This document shows, one piece after another, positions 1 through 11,367 of a stretch of DNA of 60,116 nt; position 1 is the first letter of the stretch; every line of letters starts with the position of its first letter. The notes under the pieces are model-generated. The model ran no database searches. It had not been told where the DNA came from and saw only the letters and a program-made list of their open reading frames with translations. Where the stretch lies: the NCBI GenBank assembly GCA_027001995.1, contig JALTLO010000200.1:11902-72017 (forward strand), written 5' to 3'. This DNA is from Planctomycetota bacterium. GTDB taxonomy: Bacteria > Planctomycetota > GCA-002687715 > DRQF01. A program made the translations under genes and the position numbers.

Positions 1-27
1 TTTGACCCGAACTTCAGGGATTTTCAT
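1..27 (-). CDS. 5' fragment of a probable SpoVG-family protein (runs off the window edge)
   Basis: Minus-strand ATG at 27 reads MKIPEVRVK, resembling the SpoVG N-terminus (MxITEVRI/V). AGGA-type RBS upstream; lies directly downstream of ispE, a known linkage. Only 9 codons visible. Confidence 0.4.
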
Positions 28-46
28 GGGTGCCTATCCTTGCCAG

Positions 47-889
47 TCAACGAACGGCTGAATCGAGAACCTCGGCCCTGATCTTGTACTCCTTTTGAAT
101 TTTCAGGGCCAAATGTTCAGCGGGTTCGCGTCCCGATGCGAGATAAAACAAAGTCGACCCACTGCCAGACATCAAGAACCCTTGAGATTTCAATGGTCCC
201 AATATCTCGGCCAGGTCTCCATGCTCTTCCTGGGCCGGTTGCTCCAGCCGATTGAAAAAGAGCCCGCGCAGTCGACCGACGTCGGCTTCAGTCAATGCGT
301 CCAAGAAATCATAGACGGGCTGAGGATCCTGGGTCAATGTTAAAGCACGGAAAATTGCGCCCGTTGGCACATGGATCCCCGGAAAAACCACGACAAAGAC
401 GAATGTGCGATTCAGCTCAATCCCTTCGATGATCTCCCCTCGACCCCGGCAAAGGGCTGTACCGCCACGAATAAAGAAAGAAGTGTCCGAACCAAAAAGC
501 CCGGCGATTCTCTCCATTTCCTTCACATTGAGAGCCAGATCAAACAGTTGATTGAGTCCCCGAATTACCGCCGCCGCATCACTGGATCCCCCCCCTAAGC
601 CACCTCCAGCCGGTATTCTCTTGATCAGTTCGATACTCACAGGAAGAACGTAGCCCACATGTCTCTCGACGGCCCGCAGTGCTTTGATGGCAAGATTGTC
701 CTCTCCCAGTCCAACGCTGGGGTCACTGACGATCAGCATCGTGTGATCAGCAGGTGTCAGAATGACATCATCGAAAAGGGCTATCTCGTGCATAACGGTT
801 TCTAACTCGTGGAAACCGTCTGGACGCTTGCCAAGAATTTCTAGCCAAAAATTGACCTTGGCATAAGCTCGTTCGTGAATGGACTTCAT
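47..889 (-). CDS. ispE: 4-diphosphocytidyl-2-C-methyl-D-erythritol kinase
   Basis: AKVN..L...GKRPDGFHELET, GHMP motif KRIPAGGGLGGGSSDAA, GSD..FF, GRGE, MSGSGST. Confidence 0.96.
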   Translation of the reverse strand: MKSIHERAYAKVNFWLEILGKRPDGFHELETVMHEIALFDDVILTPADHTMLIVSDPSVGLGEDNLAIKALRAVERHVGYVLPVSIELIKRIPAGGGLGGGSSDAAAVIRGLNQLFDLALNVKEMERIAGLFGSDTSFFIRGGTALCRGRGEIIEGIELNRTFVFVVVFPGIHVPTGAIFRALTLTQDPQPVYDFLDALTEADVGRLRGLFFNRLEQPAQEEHGDLAEILGPLKSQGFLMSGSGSTLFYLASGREPAEHLALKIQKEYKIRAEVLDSAVR

Positions 890-1755
890 GAAAGGAATGA
901 GTTCTTTTCGCTCAGGATCAGATTGTCGATGAGGCGCACGGACCCCAAGTAAACCGCAAGGGCCAGGACATCACCCACCGATGCTTTCTTGGTTTTCAAC
1001 TGAAGAGAAACACCATCAACCAAGTCGGCATAGTCGATTCTTGCGTTGGGAATAGTTGCCAATGCATTTCGAAGCCCATCGAGCAAGATGTCCACGTCGT
1101 CAATACCTTGATGGAATTGGGCCTCCGTAGCCTGGAGAGCTTGGTACAAAAGCGCTGCATGGGGTCTGTCATCTTCGCTGAGGAGTTTATTGCGCGAGGC
1201 GTAAGCAACGCCGCTTGCTTCCCTGGCCGTTGGAATGCCGCGAATCTCGACCTCCATATTTAAGTCAGCAACCATCCTGCGGATAACAGCCACCTGCTGG
1301 TAGTCCTTGAGGCCGAAAAAAGCAACGTCCGGACTAACCATATGAAAGAGCTTCAGAACGACGGTTAAGATGCCATCGAAAAAGCCTGGCCTAGCTTGGC
1401 CATCCAGATTGTTGGTGATTGTCTTTTGGGTCAGGATTGTCCACTGCTCTTGGGGATACATTTCCTCCACGCTGGGCAAGAACAAGGCATGGGCCCCTAA
1501 GTCCTCGATGAACGCTTGGTCCGCCTTGTCATCCCTTGGATATGTGAGGAGATCTTCCTTTCGGTCAAACTGGAGAGGATTTACAAATATGGAAACCACG
1601 GTGCGGTCACAGTGTTCAATGGACGCCCTTATGAGGGCTCCGTGACCTTCATGAAGTGCCCCCATGGTCGGCACGAAACCCACTGTTCGTCCTGAAGAGC
1701 GCCAATCCGCCACTTGGCTACGAATATCACTGATACGTCGATTGACTGACAACAT
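886..1755 (-). CDS. panC: pantoate--beta-alanine ligase
   Basis: FVPTMGALHEGH, SIFVNPLQF, FGLKDYQQ, SRN, RLIDN. Start placed at ATG 1755 (GGAG RBS); the ORF track gives 1782. Confidence 0.95.
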   Translation of the reverse strand: MLSVNRRISDIRSQVADWRSSGRTVGFVPTMGALHEGHGALIRASIEHCDRTVVSIFVNPLQFDRKEDLLTYPRDDKADQAFIEDLGAHALFLPSVEEMYPQEQWTILTQKTITNNLDGQARPGFFDGILTVVLKLFHMVSPDVAFFGLKDYQQVAVIRRMVADLNMEVEIRGIPTAREASGVAYASRNKLLSEDDRPHAALLYQALQATEAQFHQGIDDVDILLDGLRNALATIPNARIDYADLVDGVSLQLKTKKASVGDVLALAVYLGSVRLIDNLILSEKNSFLS

Positions 1756-2275
1756 GGAACCACTTTCTCCCAGGTAGAACACGTATCAACCCCTCGTCCC
1801 CTGCCAATCGCGCCAACTCACCAATGGTCTGCTGCAACACAGGGTGTTTCATAGACGACGCGATTTCAGCCGCTGGCAGAAGAACAAAGCTACGTTGGTG
1901 CATCGCAATATGAGGGATATCCAGATGAGACTCCTGTATCACCGCATCGCCATACAAGAGAATGTCAATGTCAAGAGTGCGCGGTCCATTGGCTATTCCT
2001 CGGATTCGCCCTTCTTGAGCTTCGATTCGAGAAATGTTCTCCAGGAGTTGGGTGGGCGATAAAGCCGTGGAGCGAATCGTGAGAGCAATGTTCAAAAACG
2101 CGCTTTGGTTCTCAGGGCCGCCCCATGCCTCAGTTTCGTAAAGACTGCTCACAGCCTGCAAAACTACGCCTGGCAGCTTTCCTAATGCCCAAATCCCAGC
2201 TCTCAAATGACCTCTTCGGTGGCCTAAATTCGAACCCATGCTCAGGAGCACCAAATTTCTGGACTCTTGGCTCAA
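1727..2275 (-). CDS. folK: 2-amino-4-hydroxy-6-hydroxymethyldihydropteridine diphosphokinase (HPPK)
   Basis: MGSNLG, SSLYET, FLN, GPRTLDIDILLYG, LDIPH, RSFVLLP. Confidence 0.96.
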   Translation of the reverse strand: MSQESRNLVLLSMGSNLGHRRGHLRAGIWALGKLPGVVLQAVSSLYETEAWGGPENQSAFLNIALTIRSTALSPTQLLENISRIEAQEGRIRGIANGPRTLDIDILLYGDAVIQESHLDIPHIAMHQRSFVLLPAAEIASSMKHPVLQQTIGELARLAGDEGLIRVLPGRKWFHVVSQSTYQ

Positions 2276-3090
2276 AGCAAGGATTCTCCATCGATGGTGG
2301 ACCGACCAGTCAGAAGATTCCAGACATAGAGAACAGGCCCAGACAAAGCGTAAGCCATCATCAATACGGGGATACTGATTTCAGGCTCGATGGCAACGAC
2401 GGCGATCCCGCCGATAATGGCCAAAAGTTGCCAGGGATGCCGTTTCTCCGTCAACAGGGTGTTGGCAAAGTGGATATAGGGCAATTTCGTCCACATCAAG
2501 ATTCCTAAGGTCGTGACAATCCAGGGGAAAGACGCGCCTATAGCTTCATCCCAGTCCGTCCCGTAGCGCCTAGAAGCGTACAAGTAGACAATGGATGCGA
2601 CCCCAGCCGCAGCCGCTGGACTCGGCAACCCTTTGAAGCTCATATGGTCATCGTTCTCGATATCGGCTTCCAAGTTAAAACGCGCTAAGCGCAATACAGC
2701 CCCAAAGAGGTAAAAGCATGCCAAGACCAGAGCCCCTTTGGGAGACATCTGAAACTCGTATTCCGCCAATATCTTAAACATCAGGGCCGGAACCATGCCG
2801 AAGGAGAGACAATCGCTGAGGGAGTCGATTTGCACGCCAAACTTGCTTTCGCTCCCTGTTAGGCGCGCCACCTTCCCATCCATGAAATCAAAAACCATGG
2901 CTAAGAGCATAGCCCAAACCGATCTGACCAAATAGGCATGGGCGTCAGCGCGGGCTCCCACGATGGTTTCCGCCGCACCATAGTGGAGGGCAGCTTGCAC
3001 CAAATAGGTGGTGGCCAAGAAGCCGCAAAAGGTGTTCCCGAGAGTCACCAAGGTAGGCAACGCAACCATGGACTTCAGCGGTGTTTTCAT
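2272..3090 (-). CDS. pssA: CDP-diacylglycerol--serine O-phosphatidyltransferase (CDP-alcohol phosphatidyltransferase family)
   Basis: LPTLVTLGN, D.MDGKVAR....S.FG.Q.DSLSD..SFG..P, LRLARFN, FKGLPSP; multiple TM helices. Confidence 0.88.
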   Translation of the reverse strand: MKTPLKSMVALPTLVTLGNTFCGFLATTYLVQAALHYGAAETIVGARADAHAYLVRSVWAMLLAMVFDFMDGKVARLTGSESKFGVQIDSLSDCLSFGMVPALMFKILAEYEFQMSPKGALVLACFYLFGAVLRLARFNLEADIENDDHMSFKGLPSPAAAAGVASIVYLYASRRYGTDWDEAIGASFPWIVTTLGILMWTKLPYIHFANTLLTEKRHPWQLLAIIGGIAVVAIEPEISIPVLMMAYALSGPVLYVWNLLTGRSTIDGESLL

Positions 3091-3362
3091 CTGATCCTGT
3101 CCTTATTGGGGCACTTTACCCCTTCCGATTATGGCGAAGGTCGGTCGCCAACAAAACCGTCCTTATGGCAAGAGTTTTCCGCTCATGAGGCCGTTTCCCT
3201 CTTCTTGCCCTCTCAGGCCCCACCCTAAGGTCCGCAACACACTTTGATGAGCACAAAATCTTGTTTTTCACCCCCAGAATAGGAGAAATCCAGAAGAACT
3301 CTTTACAGAATGGAAACCATTAGACATAAAGGGGATAGGAAATTTTCCTTTCCCCAAAATAG

Positions 3363-4661
<1,299 letters not shown>

Positions 4662-4663
4662 AG

Positions 4664-4972
4664 ATGAAGAAACGAGCTTGGAACAACGGAGAGATTGCCA
4701 GCCCCTTGGCCTTTGTGCTTCTGGCACTTGGGTTAGTCGGTGCCATCTATGTACTTCGTGTTGTTCCGGCTCAAGAGCATCTCGACGCCAAACGAGCGAA
4801 ACGACAAGCCTGGGAAGAATCTCATCGAGAGGTTGAGGCAGAACTCAGACACTTGGATGTTCTGGCTGCCACATTAGGGCGGGATCACCAGGCAACGGAA
4901 CGTGTCATGCGACAACTTAATTTCGCGCGCCCTGGGGAAGTGACAATCGAAGTTCCGGATCAGAAACATTGA
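4664..4972 (+). CDS. FtsB/DivIC-like bitopic protein (septum formation initiator family)
   Basis: 102 aa, one N-terminal TM, short coiled coil, C-terminal 'ERVMRQLNFARPGE' like the FtsB/DivIC ExxARxxLgxxxpGE motif; starts 2 nt after eno. Confidence 0.65.
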   Translation: MKKRAWNNGEIASPLAFVLLALGLVGAIYVLRVVPAQEHLDAKRAKRQAWEESHREVEAELRHLDVLAATLGRDHQATERVMRQLNFARPGEVTIEVPDQKH

Positions 4973-5066
4973 AAGAATGTGGGACTCTAAGCCCAGAAGA
5001 CTTCGTCATCGCCCTCTCTCCACCCCCTTTTACTCCAAGCTTGCTCCTGGTTCAGGGAGACCGGAG

Positions 5067-7067
5067 ATGAAAACAGACAAAACCTCCCAGAGACTGTCAC
5101 ATGGCCTCTTGTTTCTACTCTGTCTGTTCTCCTATTGTTTGACGTTGGCGAGTCAAACACCTCCAAGGCTGGCCAAGTTGGACTGGCGGAACCTTCAATT
5201 GCAAGAACGTCATGCGGCCTTCGAAGCTGCCACTCAAGAAGGCAAGTTCCGTAAAGCCGCTGCCTTGGCCCAAGTTCTCATTGACAGCGATCTTGCACCA
5301 TCCCCGGACCAGAACGAACCTCATTGGCCTCTCTGGAATTTGGCCCCTGACCCCACCATCAAGGGGCTCTACTTTTCCCCTCGTTACTCTGTCTCGAGAC
5401 GTTTGCAGTCTGGGTCGCCGGAAACTCAGAAGGCTTACCAAGGCCTATTCGGCTCTCAGGCGGCGACTGCGTTCAAACAAGCGAGGAAAATCGAAAGCCA
5501 CAGTGCACTGAAGTACGTGGCAAGTCGATTTGCTGCCACCCAAAGCGGCGCAGATGCCATGACTCAACTCGCCATGGAAGAGCTGGAATCAGGAAACTAT
5601 GGTTCAGCCCAACGGCAATTCATGGATCTAGCGGATATCCACTGGCAGGCCGACGGAAAACGGAGGCGGATATGGCGAATGGCCCTCAAATTAGCCAAAT
5701 CTATGGGGAAAAAAGAAGAATCGTCAGTCAGGGCCTCTTGGCCTTCGGGCTTGGCACAGGCCGCTCCCCATGGCCCGAATTCGGACATCGTAGGCAAGTT
5801 CAATCAAACAAGTTCCTGGGAATACCAACTGCCACCCCATGGTGGGGAGCATGCCCAAACTCTTTTGCAACCCATTGTGACCCCTGAAAACGTCGTTTTT
5901 CATTCGGCCAAATCCTGCATCTCCATAGATCGTCTGACCGGCAAGACCACCTGGCAGGTCGTTTTCGGCTCCAAAGACTCCCGTGAGATCCCCTCTCCAT
6001 CCACGGACCCACTCTTCGACGATTATCGAGGAGCGTTGACTCCAAGAGACTATCTCTTCGTCACCAGCGAAACCGAGGAGAAATCAGAGCAATCGAAGCG
6101 CACAATCTGGGCTTTCAACCGTGAGAGTGGCTCATTTTCCTGGTGCCTTCGAGGTGCAGAAATCGGATCCGGCATTCCACCTTTATTGTTTGACGCATCT
6201 CCCCTTGTGCACCAGGGCACGGTCTACTTGACGGCCACCGACAACGCCGACGACGTCGCCTCCTATGTGCTAGCCCTGGAGGCGACAAACGGCCGACTCA
6301 AATGGGTGACCAAGATCGGGACAGGGCATGTGATCCAATTTCATCAATCCAACAACGAAATCCCGAATCCGAGAAAATGGCTCGGATGCCTTCCCCTGGC
6401 CATGGTGGATGGATTTCTCGTTTGCTGCGACAACCTGGGACATATTGCCGCTTTTGAGCCAGACACAGGCCGTCCACGTTTCTTGTTCATCTACAACCGA
6501 CGCAATTTGGATATTGCCGGGCATTTGCAAAAACGATCTATTACCCGTGGTTGGGAAAGAAACCCTATTCTCGGCTACGAAGACCGTTTTGTTGTGGCAG
6601 CAGATGACTCGGATGAACTCCAAGCTTTTTTCGTTCGTCCCCCAAAAGATAAGCGCCGCCGCCGGGGGAATTTGAATTTCTTGCGCAGCAATAGTCTTCC
6701 CAGGCATAGAATGCGCCAGTTACTTAGTTTCGATGGTGAAGCTGTAGTTTTGGCAGGTGAAGCCCCCATGCTGGGGCTTTCTTTGGTGCAAAAAACGCCC
6801 ATCTTTGATTCGGATGACCAAAACGAGCAATGGAACTTCCCGTTAGCGACTAAAATCTTGGGAAGAGGATATTCTGGAGCGAAACAGGTGTATGTTTCGA
6901 CACACAAATACGTTTATCCATTAGACCTTCGTTCTGGAAAAAACGCAGGGGTGTTGGTCAAAGAAGAGTCCAATGGCTCAAATCTTCTGGGTCATGTCAT
7001 TATCGATAGATTCGGTATGATTGTGGCAGCGAAAAACGCCATTCGATTCTTCGCTCAAGAGAAATAA
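5067..7067 (+). CDS. secreted TPR-like + PQQ-like (BamB-type) beta-propeller protein
   Basis: Signal peptide; repeated A/S-x-D-xx-T-G-x-x-x-W blades (DRLTGKTTW, NRESGSFSW, EATNGRLKW); helical N-terminal region. Start at ATG 5067 after GGAG. Confidence 0.75.
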   Translation: MKTDKTSQRLSHGLLFLLCLFSYCLTLASQTPPRLAKLDWRNLQLQERHAAFEAATQEGKFRKAAALAQVLIDSDLAPSPDQNEPHWPLWNLAPDPTIKGLYFSPRYSVSRRLQSGSPETQKAYQGLFGSQAATAFKQARKIESHSALKYVASRFAATQSGADAMTQLAMEELESGNYGSAQRQFMDLADIHWQADGKRRRIWRMALKLAKSMGKKEESSVRASWPSGLAQAAPHGPNSDIVGKFNQTSSWEYQLPPHGGEHAQTLLQPIVTPENVVFHSAKSCISIDRLTGKTTWQVVFGSKDSREIPSPSTDPLFDDYRGALTPRDYLFVTSETEEKSEQSKRTIWAFNRESGSFSWCLRGAEIGSGIPPLLFDASPLVHQGTVYLTATDNADDVASYVLALEATNGRLKWVTKIGTGHVIQFHQSNNEIPNPRKWLGCLPLAMVDGFLVCCDNLGHIAAFEPDTGRPRFLFIYNRRNLDIAGHLQKRSITRGWERNPILGYEDRFVVAADDSDELQAFFVRPPKDKRRRRGNLNFLRSNSLPRHRMRQLLSFDGEAVVLAGEAPMLGLSLVQKTPIFDSDDQNEQWNFPLATKILGRGYSGAKQVYVSTHKYVYPLDLRSGKNAGVLVKEESNGSNLLGHVIIDRFGMIVAAKNAIRFFAQEK

Positions 7068-7088
7068 CGCAGGGGAAAAGGAGCAGAC

Positions 7089-8153
7089 ATGGACGAGAAC
7101 GCATCACAGGATGACGTGCAAGCGGTAGAAAAGTTACAGAATGCTGTGGCCTCAATCAAAGCCGAGCTCGGCAAAGTCATTGTTGGACAAGAGGAAGTCA
7201 TCGACCAACTCTTGATTTCCATCTTGGGTCGGGGCCATTGTTTGCTCATGGGTGTTCCCGGACTGGCGAAGACTCTCATGATTTCTACCTTGGCGAAGAC
7301 CATCAATCTGTCTTTCAATCGGATTCAGTTTACCCCGGATTTGATGCCCTCCGACATCACCGGAACTGAGGTCATCCAGGAAGACAAAGCCTCGGGGAAT
7401 CGCGAATTCAAGTTCATCAAAGGCCCGGTGTTTGCCAACGTTATCTTGGCAGATGAAATCAACCGGACGCCACCAAAGACTCAAGCAGCTTTGCTTGAGG
7501 CTATGCAAGAACATCAGGTCTCCGCCGCTGGCACCATGCACCCTTTGCCCCAACCATTCTTTGTCTTGGCAACTCAAAACCCCATCGAACAGGAAGGAAC
7601 CTATCCCCTTCCTGAAGCTCAACTCGATCGTTTCATGTTTATGGTCCACGTCGACTATCCCTCCGCTGAAGAAGAGCTGAAAATCATTCAGCAGACCACT
7701 TCAGACTACAAAGCTACGGTTAAGGAAGTATTATCCGGCGAAGAAATCATGGGGCTTCAAGAATTGGTACGCCGAGTTCCCGTTGCCGACCATGTCATCA
7801 AATATGCCATGGAGTTCTCACGTCAGACCCGTATTCAAACAGATGAGGCCCCGGACTTCATCAAGGAATGGTTAGCTTGGGGCGCCGGTCCCAGGGCTTC
7901 TCAGTTCCTCATTCTTGCAGGCAAAGCAAGGGCTGTCCTCGATGGTCGCCACTTCGTTACTACTGAAGACATTCGCAGTGTTGCTAAGCCTGTGCTCCGT
8001 CATCGAATCATTGTGAATTTCGGCGCAGAGGCTGAAGGCATCAATAGCGATGCCGTCATTCAAAAACTCATCGACACAATTCCACGAAACGAAAGTGAAA
8101 TCACCTCGGATGGACGACTCTCAAAAGTACTTGGATCCGAAGACACTCAATAA
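7089..8153 (+). CDS. moxR: MoxR-family AAA+ ATPase
   Basis: Walker [24 protein letters not shown], Walker [30 protein letters not shown]. Confidence 0.96.
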   Translation: MDENASQDDVQAVEKLQNAVASIKAELGKVIVGQEEVIDQLLISILGRGHCLLMGVPGLAKTLMISTLAKTINLSFNRIQFTPDLMPSDITGTEVIQEDKASGNREFKFIKGPVFANVILADEINRTPPKTQAALLEAMQEHQVSAAGTMHPLPQPFFVLATQNPIEQEGTYPLPEAQLDRFMFMVHVDYPSAEEELKIIQQTTSDYKATVKEVLSGEEIMGLQELVRRVPVADHVIKYAMEFSRQTRIQTDEAPDFIKEWLAWGAGPRASQFLILAGKARAVLDGRHFVTTEDIRSVAKPVLRHRIIVNFGAEAEGINSDAVIQKLIDTIPRNESEITSDGRLSKVLGSEDTQ

Positions 8154-9012
8154 AATTGCCGGGCTTGAATTGAAGGCTCGACTCATTGTTGAAGGGTTCG
8201 TAGCTGGACAACACAGAAGTCCCTACAAAGGTAGTTCCGTTGAGTTTCGTGAACATCGAGAATATGTCCCAGGAGATGATGTTCGTTTCTTGGATTGGAA
8301 GGTCTACGGCAAGTCTGATCGTTTCTATATCAAGGAATATGAAGAGGAAACGAATCTCAAGGCCTACATTGTCGTAGACACATCCAAGTCCATGGCGTTC
8401 GCCTCAGATGGCATGAGCAAGTTGGAATATGCCAAGTGCGTGGCTGCCTCACTCACCCACCTCATTGGGCAACAGCAAGATGCCGCTGCATTGGTACTCT
8501 GGGACAATGAGCTCAAGAAGTTCTTGCCGCCAAAGAACAACCCCGTGCATCTTCGAGATATCTATCGTTCATTGGACGAGATCGAACCCGCAGGAACAAC
8601 AGACGTTGTGCGATTGTTTCATGATGTGGCTGAACGTGTCCGCCAGCGATCCATGATTATTTTCATCTCCGACCTCTTCGACGACGACCAGAGAGGCCTC
8701 ATGAAGGGGCTCATGCATCTACGTCATAAGGGCCATGACGTCGTTGTCTTCCAGACACTCGATCACGCTGAAATCACATTTCCCTTTGATGGCATGACAA
8801 GATTTGAAGGTTTGGAAGTGGAATCTCATCTCTTGGCTGACCCCCGAGCACTACGAGAAGCTTATCTTGAAGAATTCCAAAGTTTCACCACAGAGATTGA
8901 ATCCGGTTGCGCAGCGAGCGGAATGGACTATGTGCTATTGGATACAAGTAAACCCCTTGACGTAGCCTTGGCCGGATATTTAGCGGCCCGTTCAGGCTCT
9001 CGTAGAAACTGA
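8110..9012 (+). CDS. DUF58 family protein (vWA-like MoxR partner)
   Basis: [45 protein letters not shown]; overlaps moxR 3' end. Confidence 0.92.
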   Translation: MDDSQKYLDPKTLNKIAGLELKARLIVEGFVAGQHRSPYKGSSVEFREHREYVPGDDVRFLDWKVYGKSDRFYIKEYEEETNLKAYIVVDTSKSMAFASDGMSKLEYAKCVAASLTHLIGQQQDAAALVLWDNELKKFLPPKNNPVHLRDIYRSLDEIEPAGTTDVVRLFHDVAERVRQRSMIIFISDLFDDDQRGLMKGLMHLRHKGHDVVVFQTLDHAEITFPFDGMTRFEGLEVESHLLADPRALREAYLEEFQSFTTEIESGCAASGMDYVLLDTSKPLDVALAGYLAARSGSRRN

Positions 9013-9022
9013 GGAATAGTTG

Positions 9023-11350
9023 ATGCAAGGTTTATTTGGTGCACCTTCAATGCTCTGGTGGGGAGCGGCCGCTTCGATCCCAGTGGCGATTCATCTTTTG
9101 TCCAGGCGCAAATTTCGCAAAGTGCCATGGGCCGCTATGCACTTTCTCGAACGTGCATTCAAACGGACTCGCAAGAGACTTCAACTGGAGAATATTCTGT
9201 TGATGCTCCTGCGGATAGCGATTTTGCTTCTCTTCGCCTGTGCCTTGGCTGATCCACGCACCAGTGCCGCTGCAGGATTAGGAGGAGACAGTTCCCGCAC
9301 TGTTTTCCTGGTCATCGACAACTCCTTCAGTATGGATTACCGCGATGAATCCAATGAAGCACCTTTTGATCGAGCCCAGGAGGCAAGCCACCGATTGATG
9401 GCAAGCTTAGACCAACAACGTGATGCCGCAGCATTGTTGAGCTTAGGGGGCAAAGCGAGAATCCATGTCCCTCTCACGCGAGAGCTCCAAACCGTCACCG
9501 ATTCATTGGATCAAATCCAACTGACCCATGGGGCCACAGATACGATTGGTGGACTTGGGATCTTGACTGGCCTTCTGCAAGAACCTGAGCTGGACAAGAA
9601 TTTCCCTGGCCGGCGAACAATCTACATTTTCACAGATATGCAAAGAAGTGCCTTGGTAGGGACTTCGGAAAACAACTCAGAAGGCAACCTTTCCCTCGAC
9701 CTTCCAGACCCTCGGGTTGAAGACATGTTGCGACAAATCACCGATGCCAAAACAGATGTCTACTTCGTTGACGTCGGCGATGAGAAGAACGAAAGGGTTT
9801 CCAATGTCGCGGTTACCGGTTTAAGTCATGTGGGCAAGAGCTTGGTCAAGGGACGTCCCACGGACTTCGAATGTACCATCAAGAATTTCGGCGACGAATC
9901 CGTCAGCGGCGAAATCCAGTTCTTCGTCGATTCTGAACAAGCTTTCGTCCAACGAGAAGTTGTCACTGAGCTCAAGGGCAGAGCAACAGGCACCCAGGAT
10001 TCATCCGAACGTACGTTAAGATTTCGCGCGGAGTTCAAAGATGCCGGGTGGCATTATGTAGCGATTCGCTACGTTGACGATGCTCTGGGAGTCGACAACA
10101 CCAGAAGGTTCGCATTCGAAGTGCGTGATCGAATTCGGGTCTTAGCGGTAGACGGGAATGGGGCCAGAAAACCAGAGGATTCCGCTGTGTTCTTCTTGGC
10201 CAGGGCCCTAGACCCTTGGGTAGGCCGACGAAGTGAAGGAGCATCTTCCTTTGATGTGAAGGAAGTATCCCTTTTGGAATTCAGAGCGGAAAACCTGGAA
10301 GGCTACGACTTAGTCGTTCTATCCAACGTCTCCCAACTTTCTCCCAGTCGCGTTGAGGCTTTGGAATCTTTCGTTTCTTTGGGTGGATCACTTTTGTTTT
10401 TCGCCGGTCGGTCATTTGAGGTTCCGGGGAGACTGGGTCCATCGGGATCCGCAAACGCACTGTTTTTTAAGTCAGGAAAGGGGCTCTTGCCCTTTCGCAT
10501 GTTGAAAGCAAAGGGGTCTGACGACCTCACTGCAGATCCATTCAATCTTCAATTTGAGACCTTTGACCATCCAGCCATGGCCTACTTTGAAGATCCGCGC
10601 ATCCGTCCAGGAGTCACAAAAGTCCCGACCTACAAGTTCGTCACCACAGAAATCACGAAGAAGGAAGGAAGTCGTATTCTCGCATCCTTCCGATCTGCCA
10701 ACCAAAAAAACCGGGATTCGGTGAGTTGGCCCGCCATTGTTGATCATGCTTTCGGAGAAGGACGTGTGATTTTCTTCAGTTCGTCTTCGGATCGGAGTTG
10801 GAATCTCTACGGCGCCACACCCGCTTTTGTGCCGTTGATGAAGGAAATCTGCTACGCGTTGACCAGATCTCAAGGACGCGACAACATCAAAGTAGGCGAA
10901 CGCATCCTGATTCGCTTTTCAGGCAATGTCGAGAATGTGCAAGTATCCATTGGCGATGATACGCCGATCAACCGAAAAACCGTGGGAGAAAAAGGCTCTG
11001 ATTCCGTCAGCGTCACGCTCAATCGCATCAACCGATCCTGCTTGGTTCGAATCAAACCCCTAGGCGGGAGTGCAGGAGCCTCAGGGACGACCCGCTTGGT
11101 TGCGGTCAATGTCGACCCAAGTGAATCCGACTTGACTCGGGGCGGTCGAGGTTGGATTACCGCTCACTTGGGAACAGAGTTGATCAAGACCATCAAAGCC
11201 GGACAGGAATTGAATATGGAAGCTTCAGGAAAGTCCGAGTCCCGGATCTGGCGGGCTTTCCTCTACTGTGTCCTGGCATTTCTTCTTCTCGAAACATTAT
11301 TTGCCCGTCAATTCGGACGCGAGTCCCGAACGGAAACCCAGGCCGCTTAG
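9023..11350 (+). CDS. BatA N-terminal domain + vWA + Ig-like + GATase1-like membrane protein
   Basis: BatA-type double TM (PVAIHLL...WAAMHFL...LLRIAILLL..ALADP), MIDAS DNSFS, FTDMQ, DLVVLSNV..FVSLGG, VNVDPSESDL, C-terminal TM. Confidence 0.85.
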   Translation: MQGLFGAPSMLWWGAAASIPVAIHLLSRRKFRKVPWAAMHFLERAFKRTRKRLQLENILLMLLRIAILLLFACALADPRTSAAAGLGGDSSRTVFLVIDNSFSMDYRDESNEAPFDRAQEASHRLMASLDQQRDAAALLSLGGKARIHVPLTRELQTVTDSLDQIQLTHGATDTIGGLGILTGLLQEPELDKNFPGRRTIYIFTDMQRSALVGTSENNSEGNLSLDLPDPRVEDMLRQITDAKTDVYFVDVGDEKNERVSNVAVTGLSHVGKSLVKGRPTDFECTIKNFGDESVSGEIQFFVDSEQAFVQREVVTELKGRATGTQDSSERTLRFRAEFKDAGWHYVAIRYVDDALGVDNTRRFAFEVRDRIRVLAVDGNGARKPEDSAVFFLARALDPWVGRRSEGASSFDVKEVSLLEFRAENLEGYDLVVLSNVSQLSPSRVEALESFVSLGGSLLFFAGRSFEVPGRLGPSGSANALFFKSGKGLLPFRMLKAKGSDDLTADPFNLQFETFDHPAMAYFEDPRIRPGVTKVPTYKFVTTEITKKEGSRILASFRSANQKNRDSVSWPAIVDHAFGEGRVIFFSSSSDRSWNLYGATPAFVPLMKEICYALTRSQGRDNIKVGERILIRFSGNVENVQVSIGDDTPINRKTVGEKGSDSVSVTLNRINRSCLVRIKPLGGSAGASGTTRLVAVNVDPSESDLTRGGRGWITAHLGTELIKTIKAGQELNMEASGKSESRIWRAFLYCVLAFLLLETLFARQFGRESRTETQAA

Positions 11351-11367
11351 GAGCAGCAGGAAAATAC

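Noticed and set aside
3166..3180. sigma54-like TGGCAAGAGTTTTCC upstream of eno
   Set aside because: The -12 element is CC, not GC. A similar TGGCA at 30706 has 9-nt spacing and is better explained as part of a sigma70 promoter.
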